From Nibricoccus sp. (GTDB taxonomy: Bacteria > Verrucomicrobiota > Verrucomicrobiia > Opitutales > Opitutaceae): a stretch of 64,000 nucleotides of DNA. Of this stretch, positions 19,450 to 28,663 are shown piece after piece; positions within the stretch are counted from its first letter, which is position 1, and every line of letters begins with the position of its first letter. The notes beneath the pieces were generated by a model. It searched no databases. It saw nothing but the letters and a program-made list of their open reading frames with translations, and had not been told where the DNA came from. Location: contig JASGHG010000001.1 in the NCBI GenBank assembly GCA_047602425.1, positions 1,728,001 to 1,792,000 of the forward strand, written 5' to 3'. A program made the translations under genes and the position numbers.

Positions 19450-21114
19450 ATGTCTGCGGTTATTACTCCCATCTCTGCCTTCGGCGGCTCTCACCTGCCC
19501 CGTGGAGCAGCTCTCATCAACAATTCGCTGCTCAACAAGGGCACCGCTTTTACCGAAGCTGAACGCGACGCCCTTGGCCTGCGCGGTTTGCTGCCTCCGC
19601 GCATTTTCCCGATGGACGAGCAGGTCAAGCGCGCCCTCGGCAACTTGCGCCGCAAGAGCGATCCGCTCGAAAAATACGTTTTCCTCACCGCGCTCCAGCA
19701 GCGCAACGAAACCCTCTTCTACCGCGTCCTCACCGACTACCTCGAAGAGGTCATGCCGATCATTTACACACCGACAGTCGGACAGGCCTGCCTCGAATAC
19801 GGCAGCATCTATCGCAAACCGCGCGGCCTTTTTCTCACCATCAAGGACAAAGGCCGTGTCCGTGAAATCCTTCGTCACTGGCCCCAGCAGGCCCGCCTGA
19901 TCGTGGTCACCGACGGCGAACGCATCCTCGGCCTCGGCGATCTCGGCGCGCTCGGCATGGGCATTCCGATCGGCAAGCTCGCCCTCTACTCCGCCTGCGC
20001 CGGCGTTCATCCATACTATTGTTTGCCCATCACGATCGATGTCGGCACCGACAACGAAAAACTCCTGCAAGATCCGCTCTACATCGGCATGCCACAAAAA
20101 CGCGTGCGCGGTCCCGAGTATGACGACTTCATGAAGGAATTTGTCGAGGGCGTGCAGGACGTTTTCCCCGGCAGCCTGTTGCAATTCGAAGACTTCGGCA
20201 ACCACAACGCCTTCCACCTGCTCAGCACGTGGCGCGACAAAGTCTGCTGTTTCAACGACGACATCCAGGGCACCGCCTCCGTCGCGCTCGCCGGCCTTAT
20301 TTCCGCCACGCGCATTTCCGGAACCAAGCTCTCGGAACAAAAACTCCTCTTCCTCGGCGCCGGTGAAGCCGGTACGGGCATCGCGGACCTCTTTGTCTCC
20401 GCGGCGAAACAGGAAGGCTTGTCCGAAGCGGCCGCGCGCAAGTGCTGCTGGTTCGTCGATTCGAAGGGTCTGCTCGTCAAGGGTCGCGGTGACAAACTCC
20501 CCGCCCACAAGGAGCCGTACGCTCACGACCACCCGCATCTCAAAGACTTCGCCGAAGCCGTCGCCGCCATCAAACCGACGGCCATCATCGGCGTGTCCGG
20601 ACAAGGCCGCGCCTTCGACGAAAAAGTCGTTCGCACGTTCGCCGCCCAACGCAAACAGCCGATCATCTTTTCGCTTTCGAACCCGACCTCAAAATCGGAA
20701 TGCACCGCCGAGGAAGCCTACAAATGGACCGAGGGACGCTGTCTCTTTGCCAGCGGCAGTCCGTTCCCCGCAGTCGAGTTCAACGGCAGGAAATACCAGA
20801 CCGGCCAAGGCAATAATGTCTACATTTTCCCGGCCGTTGGTATGGGCGTGTTGGTTGGTCAGGCACAGGTGGTCACCGACAGCATGTTCCTCGTCGCCGC
20901 CCAGACTCTCGCCTCGGAAATTCGCAAGGAAGACATTGAGGTGGGCCGCGTCTATCCGTCGCTCAGCCGCATCCGCGAAGTCTCGATGAAGATCGCCGTC
21001 GCCGTGGCCAAGTTGGCTTGGGACGAGGGCCTCGCCACGTTGCCCCGCCCGACCGATATCGAAGCCGACGTGAAAGCGAAGATGTTTGAACCTTCGTACA
21101 CGAGTTACGCTTAA
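19450..21114 (+). CDS. maeA: NAD(P)-dependent malic enzyme
   Basis: LLNKGTAF, IYTPTVG, VTDGERILGLGDLG, QFEDF, FNDDIQGT, GAGEAG, LSNPT, GQGNN. Confidence 0.95.
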   Translation: MSAVITPISAFGGSHLPRGAALINNSLLNKGTAFTEAERDALGLRGLLPPRIFPMDEQVKRALGNLRRKSDPLEKYVFLTALQQRNETLFYRVLTDYLEEVMPIIYTPTVGQACLEYGSIYRKPRGLFLTIKDKGRVREILRHWPQQARLIVVTDGERILGLGDLGALGMGIPIGKLALYSACAGVHPYYCLPITIDVGTDNEKLLQDPLYIGMPQKRVRGPEYDDFMKEFVEGVQDVFPGSLLQFEDFGNHNAFHLLSTWRDKVCCFNDDIQGTASVALAGLISATRISGTKLSEQKLLFLGAGEAGTGIADLFVSAAKQEGLSEAAARKCCWFVDSKGLLVKGRGDKLPAHKEPYAHDHPHLKDFAEAVAAIKPTAIIGVSGQGRAFDEKVVRTFAAQRKQPIIFSLSNPTSKSECTAEEAYKWTEGRCLFASGSPFPAVEFNGRKYQTGQGNNVYIFPAVGMGVLVGQAQVVTDSMFLVAAQTLASEIRKEDIEVGRVYPSLSRIREVSMKIAVAVAKLAWDEGLATLPRPTDIEADVKAKMFEPSYTSYA

Positions 21115-21166
21115 CACCTAACAACGATCGTCTGCCGTACTTTACCGTTTCCCGTTTTTCTCTCCG

Positions 21167-21195
21167 AGCCCGGGCTTCATCGCCCGGGCTTTTTT
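21167..21195 (+). terminator. Intrinsic terminator
   Basis: agcccgggc-ttcatc-gcccgggct followed by T-run. Confidence 0.75.
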
Positions 21196-21231
21196 GTCAC
21201 CACGAAGGCGCGTCGCCAGATCGCTGACGGC

Positions 21232-22773
21232 TCAACGCAGGACTCGTTCAGCGCCGGAAGACTTGGTTTTGCTTACAGGCGCCGGGTCGACGTCAGGCAC
21301 TTCATAACTCGAATCATCAGAAACCGGCAATTGCTGTCCAGCCATGCCGGAAAGTGCACGCAGTCGATTCACAATGGCATCCTGCGAAATCGCCTGGGCG
21401 TTGAGTTCCTGCGCGGCGGAGGCACATTCCTCGGCGCCGGCCGCCGTCGTTTGCGTGGCTTTTTCCATCTGATTGACAGCGGTTACAACCTGCTCGACGC
21501 CCTGGCTCTGCTCCTTCGACGCGGCGGCAATTTCGGAAACCAATTCGTCCACCCGACGGGCGCGGGTCACGATTTCCTCAAGAGTCTTGGCGACTTCGCC
21601 ACTGATCGAAACGCCGTGCTCGCTCTTCCTGATCGAATCCTGGATTTTTTCCGAGGTCTCGCGGGCCGCCTCGGTGCTGCGTTGGGCAAGCGAGCGCACT
21701 TCCTCGGCCACGACGGCAAAACCGGCGCCAGCTTCGCCGGCGCGCGCGGCTTCGACCGCGGCATTTAGGGCGAGAAGATTGGTTTGGAAAGCGATGTCGT
21801 CGATCGTGCGGATGATCTTCGCGGTGTTTTCACTGGAGGCTTTGATGGCATCCATCGCGGCCGTCATCGTCTGCATGCCGGTGGAGCCTGTTTCGGCGGC
21901 CGAACGGGTTTGGTTGGCGATTTCGCGCGCTGTACCCGCGCTCTCGGCGTTGCGCTTGGTCATGCTGGAAATTTCCTCTAGCGTGGCGCTCGTTTCCTCG
22001 ATGGACGCGGCGAGTTCGCTGGATCCCTGCGCCAGCGACTGGCTTGCGCGATTGATTTCGCCCGAGGCCGAGCTCAGTTGGGACGCGCCTTCCGCGAGTT
22101 CTACGGCCACGTGACCAAGCACGCCGCTGGTGCGTCGTGTGATCAGGAACCCAGCCACACCGCCAATGACCAGTGCGGCCACCACACCGGTCAGCACCAC
22201 GGCGCGGGTTTGCGCGACGGCGCTGTTGATGTCGCCGGACGCGGCGCTGCCCTTCGAACGGGCCGCCTCAACCATGCCGCGCAAACCGCTGATATAATTC
22301 TGATAAACCGGATAGAGCTGCGCATTGAGCATATCGGCGGCGAGGTCGTTCTGGCTCTTGCGCGAGAGCTCCAGCACCTTGCCTCGCAGATCGCGGTAGG
22401 CGTTGCGGGCCGAGGTCAATTGATCGTACGCCTGCTTTTCCGCGGGCTCGTCGATAATTTTTTCATACTCCTTGTAGATGCTCGTTAGTTTGGCCGATTT
22501 TTCGGCAAGCGTTTTGTCGATGGCTGTTTTTTCGGCTGTGTTGCCCGCCATCACGTGCTGCGTCGTGTTGATGAAGTTTTCCTTCACTTCGGATTCCGCC
22601 TGCCCAAGCAACATGAGTCCCGGCATGGCGTGGAGCTCCATCTCGTCGGCCGAGGCTTTGATATGCGCGACACGTTCGTAGCAAATGCCGCCAACAACAG
22701 CGAGGATGAGAATCAACGATCCGAAACCAACGCCGATGCGCCGGCCTATCGTCCAAGTAGAGGAAATTGCCAT
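21232..22773 (-). CDS. Methyl-accepting chemotaxis protein with four-helix-bundle sensor
   Basis: Two TM helices around a helical sensor; [34 protein letters not shown] hairpin tip. Confidence 0.95.
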   Translation of the reverse strand: MAISSTWTIGRRIGVGFGSLILILAVVGGICYERVAHIKASADEMELHAMPGLMLLGQAESEVKENFINTTQHVMAGNTAEKTAIDKTLAEKSAKLTSIYKEYEKIIDEPAEKQAYDQLTSARNAYRDLRGKVLELSRKSQNDLAADMLNAQLYPVYQNYISGLRGMVEAARSKGSAASGDINSAVAQTRAVVLTGVVAALVIGGVAGFLITRRTSGVLGHVAVELAEGASQLSSASGEINRASQSLAQGSSELAASIEETSATLEEISSMTKRNAESAGTAREIANQTRSAAETGSTGMQTMTAAMDAIKASSENTAKIIRTIDDIAFQTNLLALNAAVEAARAGEAGAGFAVVAEEVRSLAQRSTEAARETSEKIQDSIRKSEHGVSISGEVAKTLEEIVTRARRVDELVSEIAAASKEQSQGVEQVVTAVNQMEKATQTTAAGAEECASAAQELNAQAISQDAIVNRLRALSGMAGQQLPVSDDSSYEVPDVDPAPVSKTKSSGAERVLR

Positions 22774-23119
22774 GATAAATAGAGTTTCAATTCTCTCTAT
22801 CGTCACATTTGCACGTCAGCTATAGGCTCTAAATTTCTTACCATCTTTATGCACCCGAATCTCAAGAAGCATATCTCACTATTGTTAGGCATCTTGCTGA
22901 CCTTACTAAAACACAGCTTCTAACGCTTGGGGCGGTCGAATCGCAAATGCCGTTCAAATTGCACGCGGTCGTCGAAGGATCGCAGCCGTGATTGCTCCAA
23001 AAACCGATCTGATGGACGTCTCCAAAAATGGTCGTATTTGCAGCGGCGCTACGACGCTCGGATCCAACCAAACTTGAACTTGTTAAACGCCGCCGGACCC
23101 GCAGTCTCACTATTTCCCC

Positions 23120-23851
23120 ATGCAAACCAGCGATCTCGCGGCAAAAAACAGCGTATTTTACGACGACCTCTGGCACAATTCCTACCTGACCAAACCCGAG
23201 CGCTTCAATACCTGGCCTCTCATTTCGAGCCTGCTTCCCGAATCAAAAATGCGACTCGAAGTCGGTCCGGGCCTGCGTCCACGCCTTCCCGTTGCTGGAA
23301 CTCATTTCCTCGATGCAAGCCCGCCGGCCATCGCGCGACTGGGAGCAAATGGCGGTATCGCGAAGTTAGGATCAATCCTCGAGCTGCCTTTCGAAGACGG
23401 GTCCTTCGATCTCGTCACCGCCTTCGATGTTATCGAGCACGTTGAGGACGATCTGCGTGTTTTTGCCGAACTCACCCGCATGCTCAAAGAAAACGGACGC
23501 TTGATCGTCTCCGTTCCTCTCCACGCCCGTTTCTGGACCGTCTTCGACGACTATGTGGGCCACGCCCGTCGTTATGAACCCCCAGCTTTGCTGCAACTGC
23601 TCGACAGCCACAACTTGGTGGTCGAAAAAAGCGCCGTTTTCGGCATGCAGCCGAACAACCCTAAACTCCTAAAATATGCGGTCAAAGGGCTGACCGAGCA
23701 TCGGACCATCGCCACGCGGTGTTACAATTGGTTGTTCCTGCCCCTCGGCATTCTTTTCCAAAAACGCCTGAAATTCGCGGACGGCCTGATGGATCTGACC
23801 GATGTCTACGAAGTTCTGCTCGTCTGCAAACAACGTCGCTCCTCTACCTGA
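23120..23851 (+). CDS. Class I SAM-dependent methyltransferase
   Basis: LEVGPG motif I; LPFEDGSFDLVTAFDVIEHV; GHARRY. Confidence 0.85.
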   Translation: MQTSDLAAKNSVFYDDLWHNSYLTKPERFNTWPLISSLLPESKMRLEVGPGLRPRLPVAGTHFLDASPPAIARLGANGGIAKLGSILELPFEDGSFDLVTAFDVIEHVEDDLRVFAELTRMLKENGRLIVSVPLHARFWTVFDDYVGHARRYEPPALLQLLDSHNLVVEKSAVFGMQPNNPKLLKYAVKGLTEHRTIATRCYNWLFLPLGILFQKRLKFADGLMDLTDVYEVLLVCKQRRSST

Positions 23852-23859
23852 GTCCAAAC

Positions 23860-24528
23860 TCAGCCAAATAAATCTCCCTGCTGCAGCCCGGTCCTTTTTT
23901 GAATATCGGCCGTGCTCAATTGCAGCAACGAACGAATCGTCGCTCCGGCAAACTCCTCACGTCGCAAGAGATTCGACAACAGCAGTGCACTCGCCAGCGC
24001 GTCGTAAAGCGCCGCATGGAAAAATCGTCGTCCGGCCGGACAATGCTCCACCGCCAAAACGTCCAGCGGACCGCGCAAACCGGCCGCTTCGATCAACGCT
24101 TCCAATTGAAGCGAGCCGCCCTTGGGGTACAACTCCGCCGCCAGACGTCCCGTATCGATCCAGGGTCCCCATTCCAGGGTTTGTGCGCCCGGCCGAGCAA
24201 AATCCGGCGATGTCCGTGCATAGGGCCAGACGCTTTTGAGCAATCCATTTTCCGCGCCGGCAAAGTGCGCGGCCAGCGGTCCCGTTTCACGCAATCCGGC
24301 GAAATAATCGAATTCATCCGCGAAAGGCGCGTGTCCATCGACCTCGCGCGCTGTCAACAAATGCACCGCCGAATCCTCGGCACGAATGCGGCCCGTCGCC
24401 CGGCAGAGCCGGGTGCGCGTTGAAACGATTTCGCCGCCCCGCAAAGTAACCACGCCAAACTCTAAAATGCCCGACGCCGCACTTCCTTCGAAGTCGATAA
24501 AATGGATGGGCACGTCGATCCAGCGCAT
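23860..24528 (-). CDS. DEDDh (DnaQ-like) 3'-5' exonuclease
   Basis: IDFEG (ExoI), LAAHFA, WIDT, HAALYDA (ExoIII). Confidence 0.8.
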   Translation of the reverse strand: MRWIDVPIHFIDFEGSAASGILEFGVVTLRGGEIVSTRTRLCRATGRIRAEDSAVHLLTAREVDGHAPFADEFDYFAGLRETGPLAAHFAGAENGLLKSVWPYARTSPDFARPGAQTLEWGPWIDTGRLAAELYPKGGSLQLEALIEAAGLRGPLDVLAVEHCPAGRRFFHAALYDALASALLLSNLLRREEFAGATIRSLLQLSTADIQKRTGLQQGDLFG

Positions 24529-24541
24529 GGTGAGTTTTTGG

Positions 24542-24605
24542 CAGAATTAACAGAATGGACCGAATAGGACTCGAACTTATTTTGTGAATTCAGTTCATTC
24601 TCTTT
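24542..24605. repeat. 9-nt tandem repeats, 3 direct + 3 inverted
   Basis: cagaattaa/cagaatgga/ccgaatagg then attttgtga/attcagttc/attctcttt. Confidence 0.55.
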
Positions 24606-24609
24606 CGAA

Positions 24610-25377
24610 ATGGACCTCGCACCCTACCGCGCCTTCCTGATCGAACTCGCTGAAAAAAGCGGCGACTTCATCCGTCCCTTCTTCGCCAACCCGTCGCTCG
24701 CCGTCGAATTCAAGGCCGACGAATCTCCCGTCACGGCGGCCGACAAGGGCGCCGAAAAATTGCTGCGCGCGTTGATCGCGGAAAAATTCCCTTCGCACGG
24801 CGTGATCGGCGAGGAATTCGGAAACGACCGGCCCGACGCCGAGTTCGTCTGGGTGCTCGATCCAATCGACGGAACCAAATCCTTCATCACCGGCGTGCCG
24901 CTCTTTGGCACCTTGATTGCGCTCATGCACCATGGCCAGCCCGTGCTTGGCGCCATTCACCAGCCGATCCTGCGGCAACTGATGATCGGCGACAACAAAA
25001 CCGCCACGCTCAACGGCCGCGCTGTCCGCGTGCGCCCGACCGCACGCCTCGAAGAGGCCACTTTTCTCGGCAGCGACCCAATCAATCCCGCCAAGTATCA
25101 AAATGGCGCCGCCTATGCCGCTCTGGAAAAACGCGTGCGCCTCAGTCGCACCTGGGGCGATTGCTATGGTTATTTGCTGCTCGCAGCCGGTTTTGCCGAC
25201 ATCATGTGCGATCCGATCATGAATCCTTGGGACATCCAGGCCTTGATCCCGGTCGTGCGCGGCGCCGGTGGCATCATCACCGACTGGCAGGGACGCGATC
25301 CGGTAAAAGCCGAATCAATCGTCGCCGCCAATCCGGCGTTGCATCCGCAAGTAATCGCGGCGCTGAATGCCAAATAA
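24610..25377 (+). CDS. hisN: Histidinol-phosphatase, inositol monophosphatase family
   Basis: KADESPVTAAD, GEEFG, WVLDPIDGTKSFITGVPLFGTLIAL, WGDCYGY, WDIQAL. Confidence 0.85.
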   Translation: MDLAPYRAFLIELAEKSGDFIRPFFANPSLAVEFKADESPVTAADKGAEKLLRALIAEKFPSHGVIGEEFGNDRPDAEFVWVLDPIDGTKSFITGVPLFGTLIALMHHGQPVLGAIHQPILRQLMIGDNKTATLNGRAVRVRPTARLEEATFLGSDPINPAKYQNGAAYAALEKRVRLSRTWGDCYGYLLLAAGFADIMCDPIMNPWDIQALIPVVRGAGGIITDWQGRDPVKAESIVAANPALHPQVIAALNAK

Positions 25378-25402
25378 AAAGCCCCGGCGAAAACCGGGGC
25401 TT
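25376..25402 (-). terminator. Intrinsic terminator
   Basis: aagccccgg/ccggggctt stem with A-run on the left (U-tract on minus strand). Confidence 0.6.
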
Positions 25403-25423
25403 CGCAAACAGAACGCTGGTCTT

Positions 25424-26219
25424 TTACTTGGTCTCAGCGGGAGCAGCAGCCGGTGCTTCCGCAGCCGCTTTGGCGGCTTTAGCCGCGTCTGCCTTGGCCT
25501 TCTGTTGCTTGCCGAACTCCTGGCTCATCTGCTGGATTTTCGGCATGGCCGACATCATGCGCGGCATCATTAGCGCCTGCAGCTTCTCGGAAATCTCGGG
25601 TTGCTTGTCGATCATGGCCAGGCCGGCCGGCGTGGCGTAGAAATTGTTCATTGCCGCCAATTCCTCCTTGGAAAAGGTTTCGGCGTAAATCTTCTTCATG
25701 TCTTCTTTCATCTGCGGAAGGTTCATCGCCTCCATCATCGCGTCCATGACCTTGGATTGATGTTCTTCAAAGTCCTTGGGATCGACATTGCCGCCCATTT
25801 GCTGGGCCATTTTCTTCGCATTGGCGGCCATCGCTTTTTTCTGACCCTCCATCGTACGGGTGAGCATTTCGTCGAAACGCATCTTGTCGATTACGGCCGA
25901 GGCATCCGCAATGGTGGCCGGAGTGCCCTTGGCGGGATCGAGCCGCACCAATCTTGGCCGAGGCCAGGCTCAATTCGTATTTCTTGCCGTCGCGCTCAAG
26001 CAGGAGAAGTCCTTTGGCCTCGTCGTAGGATTTCAGGGTGAAACCGGAAAAATTCTTGCCGAGCGAAACCCAGGCGTTGGCATCGCCGGTCTCATTGGAG
26101 AGGCCGAACAACTTTTCGCTACCGGTATTGAGCACACCTTTGAGCTGGAGCGGAGCAGGTTCGGCGGCAAATGCCGTGCCGAGTGCGAGGAGAGCAACGA
26201 ACAGGATTCTGATTTTCAT
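25424..26219 (-). pseudogene. DUF2059-domain exported protein split by a frameshift near 25940
   Basis: Signal peptide MKIRILFVALLA at 26219; removing one base joins KIGAA to DPAKGTPA...IYAETFSKEELAAMNNFYATPAG (DUF2059-like). Confidence 0.7.
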
Positions 26220-26349
26220 GGGATAAAGGGGGATAAATGAGAGTAAGGCTTTCAATTCACAAGCCCGCCCTCGTTACAATAGTGAGATTCGTTTCCAGTG
26301 AGCTGATTTGCTTGGACCCTTCAAGATGCAATCGCAGCACTTGAGCAAT

Positions 26350-27993
26350 TTACTTGCGGTGGTTCGGACGCCAAATGCGGCGGTACTGCACGAGAAGCAG
26401 GATGGCTGGAAGCCAGCAAAGCGCGAGAAACGCCCGGCCGGAAACCCCGCGGAGGTCGAACCATCCATGTGCGCCAAACCAGGCCCGCGCAACGTCGTTG
26501 TTCGCCTGCAACGCCGATGCATGCTTACCCAACGCATACTCGCGCGCCGCAGCGTACCAACCTTGTGCGGCGTGCCAGCCAAAAGCGGTGAATCCCTCCG
26601 CCACATAGCCGATGGCGACGCCGCCAATGGCCAGCACACCCAACGTCAACCCGCCAAAGGCCAATCCACCCAGCGCAGCGCCACCAATGGCCAGCAAGCC
26701 CGCCGAAATGCCGCCCACACTCACCACGCCCAAGGTCATGCCGCCGATCGCGATCATGCCGACCGCGGAGTCGCCGATCGCAATCCAGCCGATGGCGGGA
26801 CGCGTCTTTTCGTTCATGGGCGTCCCGAGCCGGATGTGCACCAAGGGCAGTCCGAGCAAAGTCCGCCGGCTGCGGTATTCTTTGAAGGGGCCACAAGCCT
26901 CCGTAGCGTTGGCGGGAAACAACTCCGGATGCAATCGCATCTCTTCGGTGCGCATGACTGTCAGCTCACGCTTCGCCCGAAAAGCGAGGATCGAAACAAC
27001 AATCGCCAGCAGGATTGACGAACCAACGCTCATCGCCACCACGGCGTTGACGTTCATCGCTTTGGGCCAGGCCTTTGCGGACAACGCCACGGTCGTGCTG
27101 AGAACGGTGGAAAGCACCAGGGCGACTATGATCCGTTTAAAATATCGCCTCATGTACGCTTGCTCACGCGGTGTCCGCGCCGCTTTCAAAGATGCGCGAA
27201 TGCTCACCACGCTGGCGAAAATTCCGATCACCGGACCCAACACGATATTGAACGCAGCCAAAAGCTTTCCGCCCAGGATTGCGGCGCCGCTCTTCGTCGC
27301 GAGCCCGCCGCTTGCGCCGGCAACCGACGCCGCGCCTGCCGACGCCAACAAAGGCAAAGAACCAAGCACGGTGGTCGTGAACATCACGCCAGGTGTCGTG
27401 TCTGCAAGCGTGCCTTCGACAAAGGCGAGCACTTGTTCGTGCAACAACTTGCGTCCTCGCGAAAGCCGCTGCTTGACGACATCTTCGCTCAGCCCGAGAT
27501 CGGCCGCGACGCGTTCGACGGATTTGTGCTGGCGATAAAATAGAATCAACGGTTCACGATACAGCTCCGGAATTCGCTCGAGCGCGCTCCATAAAATTGC
27601 CTCACGCTCTTGCTTCACGGCCTGCTCCGATGGCAAAGGTTCCACGGCCGGCACATCGGCCGCCGCATCCAGATCGACCGCGCCATGCACCGGCTCGCGT
27701 TTTAGGCGTCGGAAGCGGTTATGGACGATATTGCGCGCGATGCCGCAAAGCCACGCCCGTAGTTTCGCCGGCTCGCGCAGTTCCCGAAGTTCACGCCACG
27801 CGGCGAGAAACGTTTCCTGGGCCACATCCTCGCTGTGCGCGAGGCTGCCCGTGGCATTATAGGCCACCGAACAGATCAAGGTTTGATGCCGCGCCACAAT
27901 CAGCCCAAACGCATCGCGATCTCCCGCCATGGTGCGGGCGACCAGTTCGGCATCGGCTGTTTCTTCTGCGGCCATGGGTAGGATGTTATTCAT
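26350..27993 (-). CDS. ECF sigma-70 factor with multi-pass membrane, Gly-rich C-terminal extension
   Basis: SEDVAQETFLAAW, LRAWLCGIARN (region 2); LPELYRE-like IPELYRE...VKQRLSRGR (region 4); then TM helices and EYRS..LLGLPLVHI plus IAIGG repeats. Confidence 0.88.
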   Translation of the reverse strand: MNNILPMAAEETADAELVARTMAGDRDAFGLIVARHQTLICSVAYNATGSLAHSEDVAQETFLAAWRELRELREPAKLRAWLCGIARNIVHNRFRRLKREPVHGAVDLDAAADVPAVEPLPSEQAVKQEREAILWSALERIPELYREPLILFYRQHKSVERVAADLGLSEDVVKQRLSRGRKLLHEQVLAFVEGTLADTTPGVMFTTTVLGSLPLLASAGAASVAGASGGLATKSGAAILGGKLLAAFNIVLGPVIGIFASVVSIRASLKAARTPREQAYMRRYFKRIIVALVLSTVLSTTVALSAKAWPKAMNVNAVVAMSVGSSILLAIVVSILAFRAKRELTVMRTEEMRLHPELFPANATEACGPFKEYRSRRTLLGLPLVHIRLGTPMNEKTRPAIGWIAIGDSAVGMIAIGGMTLGVVSVGGISAGLLAIGGAALGGLAFGGLTLGVLAIGGVAIGYVAEGFTAFGWHAAQGWYAAAREYALGKHASALQANNDVARAWFGAHGWFDLRGVSGRAFLALCWLPAILLLVQYRRIWRPNHRK

Positions 27994-28066
27994 GTCACAT
28001 CACACGTGGCCCGAAAACCGGAAAAGGTGACAAACCGGCCAAAAAAAATTTCAGCGCGCCGTCGTT

Positions 28067-28108
28067 AAAAAACCGCCGGGGATTTTATCCGGACGACAAT
28101 CCCCGGCG
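28067..28108 (-). terminator. Intrinsic terminator after queF
   Basis: cgccggggatt/aatccccggcg stem with adjacent A6. Confidence 0.6.
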
Positions 28109-28120
28109 CCTATTCCTCAC

Positions 28121-28486
28121 TCACCTTTTTTTCTTCGCGGAATTTTTCCACTCGGCGGTGATAATGGAGGAAAAACCGCCGCGGGCCTTCCAGCGGGCGA
28201 TGATGGCGAGACTCCGGGGTTTCAGCGCGTTGCCCAGATCGTCGCAGATCTTGTTGGTCGCCGCTTCGAAGAAGATGCCTTCGTTGCGGTAGGCGTGGAA
28301 ATAGAGCTTGAGCGATTTGAGTTCGACGCAGGTTTTGTCGGCGACGTAACGCACCGTGATGTCAGCGAAATCCGGGTGTCCGGTCATCGGGCAGACCGAA
28401 GTGAATTCGTGGTGCGTGTGTTCGATGACGTAGTCGCGATGCGCGGCGGGATTGGCAAAAGTTTCGAGAATTTTCGGATTGGCCAT
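28121..28486 (-). CDS. queF: PreQ1 synthase (7-cyano-7-deazaguanine reductase, type I)
   Basis: EFTSVCPMTGHPDFA, VELKSLKLY, ARGG. Confidence 0.95.
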   Translation of the reverse strand: MANPKILETFANPAAHRDYVIEHTHHEFTSVCPMTGHPDFADITVRYVADKTCVELKSLKLYFHAYRNEGIFFEAATNKICDDLGNALKPRSLAIIARWKARGGFSSIITAEWKNSAKKKR

Positions 28487-28492
28487 GGGGCA

Positions 28493-28642
28493 CAGATGCC
28501 AGATGTCAGAGGCCGGAGGCCAGAGAATAATACGCGTAACAAAAACCGTTGCGCCGCCCAAGCCAAATAGTGTGCCTCGCCTTCAATCTGACTTCCGATT
28601 TCCGCCCTCAGGCATCCGGCCTCTGGCTTCCGGCATCCGGCT
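28493..28642. repeat. Two inverted blocks of 7-nt tandem repeats
   Basis: 5 x CRGAnGC-like at 28493-28527; 8 x TCYGGCn-like at 28587-28642. Confidence 0.7.
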
Positions 28643-28663
28643 CCTGAGCCGCGCGGCGCGGCA

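Noticed and set aside
19444..20649. 401-aa minus-strand ORF
   Set aside because: Antisense shadow of the malic enzyme gene.
22807..23119. Riboswitch or ncRNA upstream of the chemoreceptor
   Set aside because: No c-di-GMP or other recognisable aptamer motif found by eye; an Rfam scan would settle it.
28487..28663. PreQ1 riboswitch upstream of queF
   Set aside because: No preQ1-I stem-loop with A-rich tail is visible; the gap is filled with heptamer repeats.
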